From Octopus vulgaris (taxonomy: Eukaryota): a DNA stretch of 64,000 nt. Below are positions 62,644 through 64,000 of this stretch, piece by piece. Made by a program: the position numbers and the translations under genes. The first letter of the stretch is position 1. Each line of letters begins with the position of its first letter. The notes beneath the pieces are model-generated. The model did no database searches and was not told the DNA's origin. It was given only the letters and a program-made list of their open reading frames with translations. Location: the NCBI GenBank assembly GCA_951406725.2, contig OX597818.1:105214001-105278000 (forward strand). Direction: 5' to 3'.

Positions 62644-64000
62644 TATATTGACATGCATCCATACATACATAAATTCATAAGCACTGATAGCATGTACATA
62701 CATGCAAGCATGAACAAATAATAACCTCACATAGGTTCCAACTGGTTGCAAGTGAATTCTTGATCAATTTGTTACCACCATACATACACACACTTTTTTG
62801 CCTTCACTAAATTACATATTTATTTATTGAAAGCTAAAGTTCCCTGCTGATTCTCCTCTGGGTTTTCTCATTCCTAAATATTCTTCATGTTACCTTGAAC
62901 AACATGCAAGTCACAAAAAAACTCAGACTAGCAATAAAGTGAAGCTGTGGCATCAAATGCATGGGCACTTTATTATATATATATATGAAGTCCTTTTCTT
63001 CTCATTTGATTATCCAAATGCAAATGTGTAGCATTATACAATGTCTACAGTACTGCTCTTTCATAAAGTACATGAATTCCACACAAAAATCAAAAAAAAA
63101 AAAGTACTCTCACTTATCAAATGTAAAGTTGCCATGGTTGGGCAAAATCATCATCATCATCATCATCATCATTTAACGTCCGCTTTCCATGCTAGCATGG
63201 GTTGGAAAATGTATTGCAATATTTATTCAGGCACCTTGCATTCTGAGTTCAAATCCCATCAACATTGATTTTTGTCAGAAATCATTCTAGGATCAATAAA
63301 TAAAATACCAGTCTAAAATAGTGGACAAATGGCAATGTTAGATCATTAGCAGTGTTTGTTCCAGCTCTATGTGTTTTAAGTTCAAATCCTTCCATGGCCG
63401 AATTGTATAGTAGAACAGTTCCCAGATTTAACTCTATGACACAGTACCTTGATATCATTAGAGGAGTCCCTTCTCTTGTAAGCATTTTACCAGGTTTCTC
63501 AAAGGAGGTTAACTTCCTCCCTCCCACTAGCCTCAGAGACCCTATAAAAGGCCTTGGAGATTACCCTTCTTATTGACAAAAACATTACAAATAAAAAGAA
63601 AGGTTCCAAGAACACTAAAAGACAGGAAAGGCTATATAGGAAACACTGCCTGCTGGCCACTCTCTCTTTTCTATTCTTTATCTCCTACTTACTCTTTTTT
63701 CTCTCTTTCTAACTATATCTTTCTCCCTCTACTTTGTATAATATATAAAGCTAAGAGTTCCCTTTTGGAGCCATACAAGAACTTGTATATAAAAGATAAA
63801 ATAAGAGGTTGTGGAAGGAACTGTGAGAGCTGTTAGAAGAAGAATCAGTGTTCAGTAAAACTATCATCTGCAAAAGGGTTTCAATATAAAAAAGAAAAAA
63901 ATGAGGGAATCACTCTGCCTCCAACTAAGGGATAGATGTTAAGAGAAGATTGAGATTGTCGAATATAAACAAATTCATCACATCACTTATGTATAAAAAA

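Noticed and set aside
62804-62806. In-frame TGA after the nearer tttAG acceptor, suggesting selenocysteine
   Set aside because: Phase is incompatible with the candidate upstream exon, the exon itself is doubtful, and no SECIS was identified.

Overview
AT-rich, microsatellite- and transposon-dense animal DNA. The SINE, RTE and Tc1/mariner repeat complement looks like an octopus (coleoid cephalopod) genome; this is inference from repeat style. The only long ORF (exon 1330-4076, +) is the 3'-terminal coding exon of a SUV4-20/KMT5B H4K20 methyltransferase, recognised from C-terminal motifs; the SET domain must lie upstream of the window. It is followed by a ~4 kb repeat-free putative 3'UTR. From ~8.1 kb onward the window is mostly decayed repeats: about ten Tc1/mariner/maT/pogo elements, RTE, RLE-type (R4/Dong-like), CR1 and Penelope-like retroelements (one with a hammerhead-ribozyme core), piggyBac/hAT/Tigger-type MITEs, a rolling-circle-like element and several SINE families, often nested. 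Hidden among them are an orphan coding-looking exon on + (27874-28035/28163) and several short splice-bounded segments on - (53.6-63.5 kb) that may be the 3' end of a convergent gene with alternative last exons. No rRNA, intact tRNA or CRISPR array was seen. Most short ORFs in the track are repeat or microsatellite artefacts. All family names come from motif recall, not database searches, and coordinates were counted by hand.
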